A stretch of 63,983 nt of DNA, filler included, from Trypethelium eluteriae (GCA_051942245.1; 5 parts of 5 records of this genome joined end to end with filler, not necessarily neighbours in it); one strand, 5' to 3'. Shown: positions 1-12,790, numbered from the whole stretch's first letter. Made by a program: numbers and translations. The notes: a model not told the origin generated them from the sequence alone.

Positions 1-1241
1 GTAGTAATGGACGGAGTGTGAGGGAAGCTGGGATCTCGGCGCCGGTGATGGCGGAGAATTCGCTGGGGTGGAATTGAGCGAGGAAGGCACTCAGTGCAGT
101 GCAATGCAGTGTGGTGTTCGTGGCGATGGTGGATTGTATCATATTTTTCTTATACCCTTTTTTTTACCCCCTTCTCCTAATCTTCTTCTGGCATGGAACG
201 GTCGCAGCATTGCTGACGGAGGCGAAATATGCCGAAATTTGGCGTGGAGACATATGCAACTGGCATGATGGATGGCTGACTGAAAGAAACAGCCCTTTAC
301 CAAAACATCAACAATCTACTTTACTACCTTACTACTTCTTCAAAGTCCCATACTTTGTTCTCCTTTGTGGTTACGTCTCTCTGGCTTCAGCCGTGTGGAC
401 CTGGTCGATCCTTCATTTCCCTTTGCTCATATCATCGCTCCCTGTCCACCGTGGCAGTGGTCGCTCGAATCTCATTCTTGATACCTCATGGTCCCGGGCC
501 AGTGCACCACTTGGCGGACTGTAGAATTTGTCTCTATTCATTTCGGGGAGAAGTCAAAAAAATTTCTCGGCGCCTCGGGGCGCGGGTAGATGCGTGTAGC
601 TAGTGTAGCTAGGTGTGTCTTCATGTGGAATGAAAGATTTGTTCTGATCACTTTACCTCACTTCCTGGTGTCGAATCAGTCTCCCGATGTGAAGCAACAG
701 GCGGCGCGGATAAAGGTAAATGCGGTAAGCGGGACGTCTTGTGACTTTTGTTTATGAGGTGTTGACCAGGACGGCACTTTCCTATCTTGACTACTGCTTC
801 ACTGACGTAGAGGCTTGCAAGTCGCAAAGGATAGGTACTTTGTCACTTATCCCGGTGGCACGCCTGCTGTCAGCTGTTCCTCTTGACTACTTCCTATTTG
901 TTGATGGGCATTCGTCTTTATTTCGTGGAATATTGAAGCTCACATCACTAGTAGTTCCAATTTGAGATCTGTCACAGGGCGTCCAATCTCAGCTGGTCAG
1001 ATACCGGACGATTGGCGTGATTATCGGGATACGCTAGGTTTCCTTCATATGGTGAGTTTAACGTCAGTCTATAGGAGACTGCCCTCACCATCACAACTTG
1101 AGTGTCAGTCATAAATATACGCCTCTCCCGCGCCTCTTGGTTTTCTCTGTGTCTCCATCCGCCAACAATCTACTCACTGTTTTTCCACCTGCACTGCTAA
1201 TCCTACTCTACCTTACAGTGACCCCGGAAGCAGCTCACGTA

Positions 1242-3085
1242 ATGGGTTTGAAGCGCAAAGCTGGCCCATCCGGTCAGTACGAGCGACATCTGCCAGAGAT
1301 CGACGATGGACAAGACTGGACTTCTCCAGACAAGACCCTACGGATTATGCAAAGTCACCTGACTATCGACTGCAAGCGCTTAGCTTCTGCGATTCAGCAT
1401 GGGTGTTCGTATGAAGCAATGAAGTCATATCTGCAAAGTTATCGCAAGAAAACAGTCCGCCAAAATATCCGGAAAGCCAGTCGGGAGGTCGCCCCTTCAA
1501 TCTTTTACGCCGCTGCTTGCAACTCAGTTCTCGCTGTCAAACTCTTCCTCCACTATGGAGCAGATCCGAACGCAATGAAGCCTTGTCAGGATGGTTACAA
1601 GATGCCACTTCTAGCATTTGTGATCGACCATGGTGCTGCAAATTCAATCGATACCATCGAAATGGTAAAGGTACTTCTAGCATGGGGCGCCGATCCGCTT
1701 CAACTCCCACCATCGCTGTGGTTTCCGATCGAGAGGCCGGACTACGAGAAAGTCGAGCGCAGATCTCAGGATCTGAACGCGCTGACCGGGTGGTGTAGAG
1801 GAGAGCTGTACACCAATCTGCAGCATGCAGTCAATCTCTCCCATCGATATTTACTTCACACTGCTTGTATAATGGATAAGCCAAGAGAATTCGAAATTCA
1901 GATTGCAAAGAACCATAACGTGGCTGGTCTACTTCAAATCCCCTATTATCTCATCGGTCAGAGGCACGCGGCAGTCCAGATTAAGCATCGAATCCTCCAG
2001 CACATCGAAATTTGCACGCCGTACAAAACGCCCCTGGTAATGGCATTCGTTGGACCTTCAGGGCATGGCAAAAGCGAGCTTGCTCGTCACATGGGAGAAT
2101 TACTTTCTCTGGACCTGGCGTAGATAGATATTGCACAGATGCAAAGTACCCACGACTTGTTAGGGGTAGCTCCAATTCACCGAAGCGTGAAGGAAGAAAG
2201 TCGATTAACCGATTTTCTGTCAAGGAATAGTGGCAAGCGCGGAGTCGTTGTCTTGGATGGACTTGATAAGACGATGGACGAGGCCCGAGATTCGTTGCTA
2301 CCCATTCTGAGATCAGGTAAACAAGATATCTTCGAACCTCCGACTTCTTGCGATCAAGAAACTTGCGTACGACGAGATACTGACGAGAATATCAGGAAAA
2401 TATATCGACAAGGTCACCAGCTTAGAGCTCGATTGCTCCCAAGTAATCTGGATTATTATCACAGATATTGGAAGACAACTCATAGAGACGTATTATTCGC
2501 AGGAGCTGAAGCACCTGACAGATGCAGCGCGACTCCAGGAGCCCCTCAATCGATTGAACGCCCTGCTGGAGTCGGAGTTCCGGGAGACCTTGAGCGTAAG
2601 TCATTGCAACCCATGTAGAGCACAATTTGGAGGTCCTAATCGGTATACAGGTTCCAATTACCGGCTGCATTGACACGTTTGTCCCATTCCTTCCATTCAG
2701 TCCGGATGAAAAGCTCGCCATTGTCCACCGATACTTTCTGGATCTTGCAGCTACGGTCAAGAAGCCCATCCAACTTAAGAAGGCTCCAAAGAGGCACATT
2801 GGTCAGTGCGAACTTGATACGCTTGACGATGGATATCTGTGTGATGGGATTGTGAAAAGCTACTACGTCCAAGAGCTCGGTGCTCGGTCTCTCGTTCAAG
2901 GCGTAGCAGAAAGAATTGAACACGAGCTATATAGGGAATATATCAAGAAGGGCAGACGAATGACCAGTCATACTAGTAAGGGGTCGATAGAGTCATGGAC
3001 GATTGGTACATACACGGTCTGGCACGATCCATCCAAGGATGATCTCAATATCTTTGCTCGTGGTGGACCTATAGTATCGCCATGA
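1242..3085 (+). pseudogene. Ankyrin-like N-terminus + ClpA/B-type AAA+ ATPase domain gene, interrupted by one in-frame TAG (2121-2123)
   Basis: Ankyrin-like segments (IFYAAACNS..VKLFLHYGADPN; MVKVLLAWGADP) and Walker A GPSGHGKS. The same frame continues after the TAG (LSLDLA*IDIAQMQSTHDLLG). Introns 2317-2395 and 2596-2650 restore GKYIDK..LDCSQVIWII and FVPFLPFS..ELGARSL. Walker B reads VVVLDG, lacking the Glu. Confidence 0.7.
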
Positions 3086-4286
3086 CATGCAATTTGGATG
3101 ATGATGATGGGGAAAGAACGAGGGCCGAAGACTGTGAAAGGTTGCAGTCGTAGGTCTTTTTAACGAGCTCGCCAACCATCGCAAGGAAAGAAAAAGAAGT
3201 TGTAGCAACAGCTTGAATTTTTGGCAAATCTATAGCACTGCTTAGATTCACTAGTCCCGCTGAAGCTAAGAAGCCTTGAGCTTAGTCAAAGTTCTGTATG
3301 AAACGACCTATTTGTAGAAACCCGTGCTGTGCTTGACCTGCGACAGAAACACTGCGGCCAGTTTGGCATCAAATGTAAGGTAACTTTGTTAGTGTCGAAC
3401 AAGATGCAAATAGTTCAAGGGTGATCGAGGAGCGGATGCACTTCTTTGTAGCGGAATATGTATATAAACATCAATGCCCTGGAGGACGAAGGGACTAGCA
3501 TGCGGTTGAATGGATTCGTCGGATAGGGGTATACAAAGACTCCCTTACTTCGAAAGCCAAAAGACTATAGAATTCGAGTAAATGAGACACAATCAAAAGA
3601 ATCTGAATGATAAACTAAGGAGGATGCCGAGCACTTATGAACGTGGGCGTTTACGTGCATAAGCCTTTCCTTTGCATCAACTCCTTGGCAAGCCAGCCGA
3701 GGTATTCGAATGATGCTCAAACTGGTACCGTGGCTTCTGCAAGGTAGAGTCACGGCGAACTGGTCGTTCTCCAACGATAAAGAGGTTTATGAGCTTGGCG
3801 AAGGGTGGAGTTTGTCATTGAAGTCGTTCGGCCCAGCGCGGCTCCGTACACAGGGCACGCAGGGGTCAATTCTGTTGCATCGAAACTCAATCTCAACCTT
3901 AATCCTGGGATATCCCCTACGACTCATGTCGGAAGACATTCATGCCCTGCCACCCGATCTAGAAAGCTCCGTCAAAACTCGCCCTGATTGGTTTCGTGCC
4001 TAGAACATAGCGCATCATGCTTCACTCTTTGGAGCAAGGCTTCGGAACGTTGAGCACCGATTAGGACTGGCCAAGGTGAAACGTCGAGCCTAAACATGGC
4101 TCTGCCACTCCAGGTTTGATGTTTTGAAGTATATCTCATGATTCCTTATATTCATACGCTCTGTCTTGTCATCTTTTCCTTCTTCCTTTTGCAAGGCCTT
4201 GTTTGTCATTCCTTACCTCGAAAACACTCCCCATCATTCAACTTCTGCTGCCAGGTGCGGCTTCCATTCATTCGCTCATAATAAAT

Positions 4287-5521
4287 ATGTATAATATCAA
4301 AACTTTGGGTGCCCTGGTGGCATTTTTCCTCGCCGGTAAGTCCCCAAGCGCAAGACCATTTCCGTATATGCAATTCAACTAATCCTTTCCTCCAGCCTCC
4401 AGCTCCGCCCAGACTCCCGCTCAAGGCCAACCCCAGGCCCCAAGCAATGGGCAACCCTCCGCCCCCGGCCAATCCTCCAGCCAAAACTCCACCCAACCCC
4501 TCGCGCCAGGTCAAGGCCAAAGCCAAGGCAGCATCCTCAGCCCACAAGCCCTCCAATCGCTCTCCTGCCAAAACGCGCGCGACTCCGCCGTCGGCGGCAC
4601 CTCCGCGGCCAACATCCTTCTAACAAACGCACTGACGGGCGCGAACTCGTTCGACGCCGCGAGCGGGACCGCGTCTGCGGTGGTAGCGGCGCAGAAGAAC
4701 CTCGCGCTGTCGCAGCCCGCACTGTCACGCATCCAGACTGCCGCGCTGTCTGGTCAGCCGCCGAGCCAGCAGGACATGCAGGCTGCGCTGCAGGCGTTTG
4801 TCGGGGCGGCACAGAATGTCAATGCCGCGTTGCAGTTGAGTTCGCAGGGGCCGCCGCCGCAGGCGGGTCAGCCCGCGAATGCGAGTCAGCCGGTGCTGAC
4901 GGCGGCGATGGTGCCGGTGATTACGAATTTGGGGCCGGAGAATAAGCAGTTGGTTGTGTAAGTCTTCGCCTTGTGATGTCCTTTTCTCTCCCCACGGTTG
5001 ATTAAGGGAGGCTTGGAAGGCGGTTTTGTTGAGAGAATGAATGACTAATGGAGATGATCAGAAATTTGAATACTGCGGGCTCGCAGCTCACGCAAAGCAA
5101 TGTTGGTAACTCGGCGTTGCAGTTGCAAGAGGTGCAACTTGCGATGCGGGTTATGATGACTTGCTCGGGGACGACCACGGGTAACTCGACGGGGAGCACA
5201 GGTAGCTCTACTGGAAGCACGGGTGGGCTTACAGGAGGCTCGACGGGTAACTCGACTGGGAACAGTGGAGGCTCGAGTGGTAGCACAGGTGGCTTGATGG
5301 GAGGTACAGGAAGTGCGACAGGCACAGGAAGCTCAACTGGGACATCTACCGGCACTGGACAAGGACAGCCACAGGGACAGGCCCCTGGAGCTGCCGGCGA
5401 AACTCCTGGGTCGATGGGCCAGATGAATGGGCCGTCGGGACAAACGACCAAAGCCGAAGACCAACCGGCTGGGGAAAGTAGCATGAAAGAGAAAAGGCGA
5501 GCTCGACTTGTTTTCTTCTAG
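4287..5521 (+). CDS. Secreted low-complexity Ser/Gly/Thr/Gln/Ala-rich protein of unknown function
   Basis: Signal peptide MYNIKTLGALVAFFLAASSSA. Introns 4336-4395 and 4958-5061 keep the frame. Ala/Gln-rich core bracketed by two Cys, then GST repeats and a TAG stop at 5519-5521. Confidence 0.75.
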
Positions 5522-7010
5522 ATGCTGGCTCTGCGAGGGTGTTCTCATTTCCTTGTGAAGCAACGTTCTTTTGATAAGAACGGAAGAAACGTTTGTTTTC
5601 CCTTTCCCCAGGGGCAGCTCCTGTTATGCACTACTTAGATTAGAATGTAGGTACACAAAAAGGAACCCTGCAGTGCAGTTCTGGCTCGTCCCGTCAGGGT
5701 CCATGGAGGATCTGAAGAGGTGATTGATGTCTCGGCTCTGAGCATGTTTCTACGGCACCTTAGTGTTTTATTGCAGCGAAGACCTGTAGGTGTTTCTTGG
5801 TCATATGATTCAGAACGCCCATTTGCTGATATTTTACAGATTGCAGCTGTGTGTTCCAGCGTGCAATAGGTCGCGTTGCTTGGCCGTTTGTCCTACAAAC
5901 TCTGCTCCGATGAAGCGTAGCACTATTTCACCCGTCAATGCGCGACTGTAGTGCAGTAACTCATCCGCCAAGCGTCAATTGGACTAATGGCTACTCTAGA
6001 TTTGTTCCAGAGTCATCGCATTCTGCAGGACTCCAGCAAATTGAGAAGCTGAGACGATTGGTCTGGAAGCCTGAAAGAAAAGTCCACGGGCGCTTCAGAA
6101 GGAATGATGTGAACGTAGGTGAGCCATTGTCTTGACGTTGTAGCACTTGACATACCTCCGATTCGCGAGATCAGTGCTTTTGGCATCAAGCGATATTACG
6201 ATGGACGTTTAAGTACTTCGCGCCAACGCATCCAAGGAAGCGGATGGGGGCCAAATTCTACCCTCAACTCTCATCTGAGTCTTGGTATCTGCTAACATGA
6301 GGGCAGTTCAGCTGTCTTGTTCACATTAGATATCAACACCTAAGGGTAATGATGGGTGGCGATCGAAATCTGCTGCTGGATCTCTGGAAGTTCCTTCAAA
6401 TGCGAGACTGGTACGAAATACTCTATACAGAGTAAAAGTGCCGCTTTCGAAGAATTATGTTCGTACTTGCTCAAAATCGCCATCTTGATTTCCAATTGGT
6501 AATAAGACGAGGCCAAGTCGTTTCAGGAAGCACCATACCCAGAATGACGCGCGGTCGTCTGGCCATGACTAGTGCTCGGCGGGGATTCGTCACACACAAC
6601 TGAGGCTTGTGAAGTCTGAACCATCCCAGCTCGTCTATGCTGTATTGTATCGTTGACGTCAAACTCGTCTTCGATCTCTCCGTAGCGCTAGTTTCGCAAG
6701 CCAATCCGGGTTTGGTCAGGTACACTTGGCTACGGTACCGTACGGCAATCCGGTAATTTCGAAAGACCTTACTATTCTAGCCTAGAACCCCTGTTCCAGT
6801 TGGCTTCAAAATAACCTCCACCATTCCTGTTACTGTGTTTGGCATGGATGTTGTCGGCGCTGACGCGCTGTCCCGCTGGACTCATTCATATAATCTCTTT
6901 GGTCCTGTTAATTGAGACTGCGTCAAGCTCGTGATTCTACGTAGCTATCTATCACTATCATTCCCCTGTCTCATCTACGGTCATTTTCTCTTGAACGAGA
7001 AGGATTCACT

Positions 7011-7899
7011 ATGTTCGTCAACAATTCATTCGAGCTCTTGGCAGCTCTCCTCGCGTCCTCCTCTCTCGTTTCCGCTACATCGGTGGCCGAGTTCGCAAAG
7101 AGAGCCTCAAGCAGCACTATACCCCCCAACTTCTCCCCCAATGCCAACACTCAATTGATGGTCGCATGGCAAGGCCAAGAAGTGACTCCCGGTGAAACCC
7201 TCCCAATCAATGGTACGTGCTCTCTGTCCTCTCCCCTCTCTCGTCTCTCTAATATCTCATCCTGCTAACCTCTATCCCGCAGTCCCCAAACTCCAACCCC
7301 AAATCGGCCTCGAGTCCCTTCCAGCCGGCACAACCAGCTCCTCTCTCTTCACCATCATCATGATCGACCCCGACGCGCCCACCCCCCAAGACACCAGCGA
7401 ATCGCAAATCATCCACTGGCTGCAACCCTCCGCCAAAGCCTCCACCTCATCCAGCAGCACTTCCCTGACCCCCATCACCTTCACCGCCACCGCCGCCGCC
7501 CAAGCCGCCTACATCCCGCCTGCGCCACCCCAGAACTCCTCCGCCCACCGCTACATTCAATACCTCTTCTCCCAGCCCCCGGGGTTTACCGTTCCAGCCG
7601 AGTTTACCGGCTTCGGCGGCAATAACCGCACGAACTTCGATATCGCAAGCTTTGTCCAGGCGAGCGGCTTAAAGGGCCCGTTGGCTGCGAACTATGTGCG
7701 TGTCGCGCAGCCCGGCGCGCCGGGTGCGGCGTCGTCGTCGTCGTTTGGGGGGAGTGCGAGTGGTAATGGGAGTAGTAGTCAGGGGAATTCGACCGGGAAG
7801 CCGCAGCCGTTTACCGGGGGGGCCGCAGGGGGAATGAGCGTGAGCGGATGGGGATTGGCGGCTTTGTTGGGAGGCTTGTTCGTTGCATACGGATTTTGA
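7011..7899 (+). CDS. Secreted, probably GPI-anchored PEBP-family (phosphatidylethanolamine-binding) protein
   Basis: Signal peptide. Intron 7213-7282. PEBP motifs MIDPDAP, IIHWLQ and YIPPAPP..HRYIQYLF. Ser/Gly spacer and hydrophobic C-terminal tail (WGLAALLGGLFVAYGF). Confidence 0.85.
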
Positions 7900-8466
7900 T
7901 TTGGGGCAAGCTTTGGTTTGTGGTTTGTTGTCATTATACTTCTTGAAAAGCCGATACGATTTGGATTCTAGGCGGAGATGTAATATCGATTGTACGTTCG
8001 AAGCGAGATCTGAAAGTTTGCTGCCGAGATAATTGAACAGAATTGCTCCGCATTTGGCGATCTGAAAACTCTTCGTCTATAATTTGAACCACTTGATCTG
8101 CGGAGAGATACTGCGGCGAATTACCATCGGTAGATTGTCGGACTCGTGAAGCAAGGTTCCATGGGTCTTGAGCTGTTTTCATCTCGTGACTAGGCTACCA
8201 TTGCATTCAGCAGTGAGGTCACCCATTGGAATAAGCCTAATCACACATCAAGAGACTGGGTGTGGTACCTTGCATGTGTGGTTTCAAGATTAGGTAGTTT
8301 AGTTCGTCTCTGGTAGATATTTTCGACTCCTGGAGAACAGTGCCAAGGGAGAGAATTTTCCAATGCAACCCAAATTTGTCCTCGGTGAAGCTTGCATCCT
8401 ACCTAGATTTTCATGACACTCTTGAGAAAAGTTTCTTCTGGCTGATATTTGTGGTTACTCTTCTTG

Positions 8467-9981
8467 TCACCCCTCCTCAACGTCTCGTGTAGTCACCGTA
8501 GTGAGAGCCGCCTCGTCTATCAGGCCTTCAGCTCCCACCTCGTCTTCTTCCACCCATCCATATTCATCATCAGACTCGGCTTCCGAATCAGCAACCTCCT
8601 CAAAATGACGCTTTCGAGAAGTGGGAGACGAAAGTTTGATAGGAGACGAGAGTGGCCGAAGTGGTTTCTCATCGCTCGTGTAGGGGACGATGCCGGTCTG
8701 TTGAACGCCTAGATTAGTAGAGCGATTGAAGCGATCAGCTATCAAATGTGCGAACCTCGTCAATCGTAAAAGGGACGACGTTCCCCAACGTTGTTCCCTG
8801 CTTAGTCTGTTCGCCCGGCACAACTCCATTGGCCTTCACCACTCCGGCGAACCTCATCTGCTCTAATCTCACCCGCGCCTTCCCGTCTGCCTCTTTCCCT
8901 TGTGAGTCTTGTCTCCATTCCTCAGGCGCCCAGTCCCTGAAGAGCACTACTCTATTCGCGACTCCCGAGTCCCATTCCTTCCCGCTGAGCGCAGGTACTA
9001 GAATCGCTTTTGTCCCTGCTCCGCTCGGCCCGACGCGCGTCATCATCTGGCTCGTGACGAGGACCGCAATATTATTTACTGCAGCGAGTTTGTTTAGCGC
9101 TGAAATGAGTGATCCAAGCACAGCGAAGCGCCGATTTGCGGCCCAGCGCCGGGTATCTTTTGCTCTCTGATCTACGTTCGACAGGTCGGATTTGCTTGTT
9201 TGGCCAGCATATGCGGTGTCAAAGAGGGTGGACAGCGAGTCGATGACAAGCAAGCTAGTTGAATGAGGTGGAAAGGTAGGAGTGGCATGCACGATAAGCG
9301 CAAGGAGGTGAGCTAGAGTGGGCGTGGTAAAATTATGTAGCTTGGCGATCGCTGTAGCTGAAGACGTGGGGTTTGAAGGACTGGCTGGAGTAAAGCTGGG
9401 CTGTCCATGCGAGATGGCATGATCTAAGATCGAATAAAAACGAGGCCTCGCAAGATCGTATGAGGCATCTAAGAAGTCGCCGCCGTTAGTTTGGTCCACG
9501 CATAGAGCCAGTAGCTATCCGTGCCCAAAAGCTGGCCAGAACTTACCTACCCAGACAACTTGGTCTCCAGTCCGTAATGCAGCAGCGGAAGCTTGAATAC
9601 TATGAGAGCATCATTAGGACACCATTGACCACATCCTTGGATTCTCCCAAGACATACGCAACCGTTGTTTTCCCTACCCCCGGAGGACCATAGATTTCTG
9701 TGACCTTTCCTCGTGCCAGACCTCCAGTAGTACCATGTTCACTCTTGTGGTCTACGTCACGCCCTTGTAGAAGCTCGTCAAGCTGTGGAAGGCCGGTCGA
9801 GACTGCTTGTGGGCGTTGTACCTTGAGAGATTCCAACGCCTGGGACGCCGAAATTGTCGGTAGCCGGTCTGAAATAGGACTCAATGTCAGCATTGGAGAT
9901 AGAAATGGCATAATTGGACTGATCGTGCTTACGGGTTGAGTCCGATGATCGCAGAACTGCCGCGCCTTCATGGCTAGCCAT
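8467..9981 (-). CDS. RAD55: Rad55/Rad51C-like RecA-fold DNA repair protein (multi-exon)
   Basis: RLPTISASQAL N-terminus, STGLPQLD..RGKVTEIYGPPGVGKT Walker A, LLVIDSLS Walker B, LNKLAAVNNIAVLVTSQM, and acidic tail EVADSEAESDDEYGW. Confidence 0.8.
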
Positions 9982-10508
9982 CTGGCTGCAAGTTTTGTTT
10001 ACATGCTTCGGTCCGGTAGAGAAAACATGTTGAATGTCATTGCCATTGGCCGTGCATCATCACTCGATCCCCCGCTCCATACAATCACAACACTTTAGAC
10101 TTGAGAAGGAGAATAGCAATGCTGTCAAGAGCCTCAATGCCTCATCATGAAGCGTCAGGGTAGCATAAGATTTTAGGTGGGCCGGGATGGTGGTGGAGAT
10201 GTCCGGACGCCGACGACTCGGAAATTTTTTGAAGGTGACACTCTACACCGTAATCTCACTTCAGACTGTTTCCCGACAGTCAAAATGGAGTCTCTCCTTT
10301 CTCCTTCTTTGTCCGTCGTTGGTCTTCCAATGTTTTTGCTTTGATTTTCTACCAGGGGCAGGTTGACGTGATGTCGAGCAAACAGGATCCTTAAGTATCA
10401 CACTCCCTTCTTTGTTTAGCACAGTCTGGGCGCACTTTCATACATCACGCATTGGGCGGTCCTCTGCTTTTTGTTGTTAGAATTTCAAGAATATCACCGT
10501 TGCAAGGA

Positions 10509-11843
10509 ATGTCTACATTCATCAATAATTCGGTCATGGACCTTTCCACTCATTCAGTCACCACCTATATCCTGGCTCTGGGCGTTCCATTCGTTCCGAT
10601 TGCTGCTTTCTTTGCATGGGAATATTCGCATGGAAAAACGAAAGAACCATCTATACAGCGTGGTTGCAAGAGATTAGGTATCGCAGCAAATCAAGAGCTT
10701 ACTTTACCTGGCAAACAATGTGGTACATTGCGGACCCAATCAGAGGGCTTAGAGGGCACGAACGACCAATGGAGGATCAAAGCACTTGTCATTTATCCTA
10801 TCAAAAGTTGCTTTCCAGTCATGCTTGGGCACGGCCATGTCATTCCAACCGGCTTAAGATACGACCGGCAGTTCTCCTTTGCTGAAATGGTACCAGTTTC
10901 GAGGACTGATCGGGAGAAGCCAAATTTCCCGAAAGACTACAAAGGGAAACACCATTGGAAATTCATTACTCAACGAGAGTATCCTCTGCTTACGAAAGTC
11001 AAGACAGAACTCTGGGTTCCGGATGAGAATTCTCCAACTTACTCTACAAAAGAACCCAATGTAGCCAATGGTGGTTGCCTGGTTGTTTCGTTCCCAGATC
11101 CCGTAAAAAATGACCTCAATGTCTCGTTTCAAATTCCGTTCGATCCTTCCGAATCAAGAATCAAGCGGATGAAGTATCCGGAAGAGACAATGCAGATCTG
11201 GGTGGACTTTCCCCAAGCACTCGACATGACCTCAGAGATATCAGCTATTGCGTTGTCCAAGCTCAAAGAGTTCCTTTCCTCCCAAAAGCTCAAAAAACTT
11301 GAGAATCTGGCTCTCTTCCGGGTTGACTCGGGTCGAGAGAACAAGCAGCTCCGTGAAGTCTATCGTTGCGCACCGAAGAAGGAGGACATCGGCTACCAAC
11401 CTGTTGTCGGTTTCGCAGATGCTTACCCACTCCATATGCTCAACATGAGCAGCATCGACGACCTAGCAACCCACTTACGCTCCAATACTGGACATCTCGA
11501 CCCTCGGCGATTCCGCGCAAACTTATACATTGAGGGACCCGAAGCCTTTGCCGAAGACAACTGGAAACTCATTCGTATTGGCGATTCTAGATACCATGTT
11601 TCCAGCCGCACTGCGCGCTGCCTTTTGCCTAACGTCGACCCTGAAACTGGTATCAAAGATCAGAATGAGCCTCGGCGTGCGATGGACCAGTACCGGAAAG
11701 TGGACGAAGGCTGCCCGAAGGTACCTTGCCTGGGCATGCAAGTGACGCCGATGCAAGCAGAGAGCCAGATCAAAGTGGGAGACGAGATTGAACTGTTGGA
11801 GACAGGAGAACACTTTTACTTGAGTTGGCCCAAGGGGTTATAA
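10509..11843 (+). CDS. MOSC-domain (mARC-like) protein with an N-terminal membrane anchor
   Basis: IKALVIYPIKSC, YDRQFSF, FITQRE, FADAYPLH, DPRRFRANLYIEG, RCLLPNVDPETG. Start is ATG 10509 or 10536. Confidence 0.88.
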   Translation: MSTFINNSVMDLSTHSVTTYILALGVPFVPIAAFFAWEYSHGKTKEPSIQRGCKRLGIAANQELTLPGKQCGTLRTQSEGLEGTNDQWRIKALVIYPIKSCFPVMLGHGHVIPTGLRYDRQFSFAEMVPVSRTDREKPNFPKDYKGKHHWKFITQREYPLLTKVKTELWVPDENSPTYSTKEPNVANGGCLVVSFPDPVKNDLNVSFQIPFDPSESRIKRMKYPEETMQIWVDFPQALDMTSEISAIALSKLKEFLSSQKLKKLENLALFRVDSGRENKQLREVYRCAPKKEDIGYQPVVGFADAYPLHMLNMSSIDDLATHLRSNTGHLDPRRFRANLYIEGPEAFAEDNWKLIRIGDSRYHVSSRTARCLLPNVDPETGIKDQNEPRRAMDQYRKVDEGCPKVPCLGMQVTPMQAESQIKVGDEIELLETGEHFYLSWPKGL

Positions 11844-12412
11844 TTACTAGAATTCTAGAACATTTGGCGGCAACGCCAGTATAGATAATGCATGTTAGCC
11901 AAGGTAACAGAGTGGCATTTTTCTACATATATGAGCATTTTCTTCGCATCCATCATCTGCATTGAGTCCGGATTGGAAAATTTTCTTGTTTACTTTGAAC
12001 TCCCTTTAATAATACTTTATCTCCAATGCCGTCAGGGGCTGATGACTGCACTTTCGGATATCCTAATTCGGACTTCCGATCAGTGGTGGGGGATTCTCCT
12101 GCCTTTCGCTCAAAACTTTCAGGTTTGCGGGGAAGCTTGACCTTTCTGAGCTTTGCAGCGAAATGCATTGCAATGACCGGGAAAGCTTATCTCGGCTTTC
12201 GAAAGTAAGCTAGATTTGATAATTCAAGTTTCAAAGGTTCGGTTTCAATCATTCCTCTCCGTCAACTTCCGCTAGGGTTTGTCAATTAGCAGCATTATCA
12301 GCAACTATCACGTCACTTATACACTGAATCTTCAAACCGGACTTCGCACACCTCGAATTCCATCTCTTATTTCCTCCATCATCCCCAAAGCTTCAGATTT
12401 CTCGTCCTCATC

Positions 12413-12790
12413 ATGGCCATCGAAACCCAAACCCAACCCCCAACCTCCAAGTCCACGCAAACCTTCCACCTCATCAACACCCCCCAAACCACCATCCACG
12501 ACGCCCTCACCGGCCTCACCTCTCTCCACCCCTCCCTCTCCTACTCCGCAACGCACAAGATCCTCCACCGCGCCGACCTCGCCACCCACCGCACCTCGCG
12601 CGTCACCGTCATCGGCTTCTCCGGCGGCGGGCACGAGCCCATGTTCTCCGGCTTTGTCGGGCCGGGCTTCCTCAGCGCCGCAGTGTCGGGGAACGTGTTT
12701 GCGAGTCCGACGGCGGCGCAGATCTATGCCGCGATCCGGATGTGTCAGCCCGGTGGTGGCGGTGGGGACGCTACAGGGAAGGAGGGGAAG
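12413..12790 (+). CDS. Dihydroxyacetone kinase, Dak1 domain (5' fragment, cut by the contig end)
   Basis: SGGGHEPMFSGFVGPGFLSAAVSGNVFASPT matches the Dak1/DhaK signature. Confidence 0.85.

Noticed and set aside
99..965. Short ORFs at the window start
   Set aside because: Mostly non-ATG starts and low-complexity translation of T-rich promoter-like sequence.
5900..6800. Possible transposon or gene relic (ORF 6471-6725)
   Set aside because: No transposase or reverse transcriptase motif, terminal repeat or RIP-type AT richness recognised.
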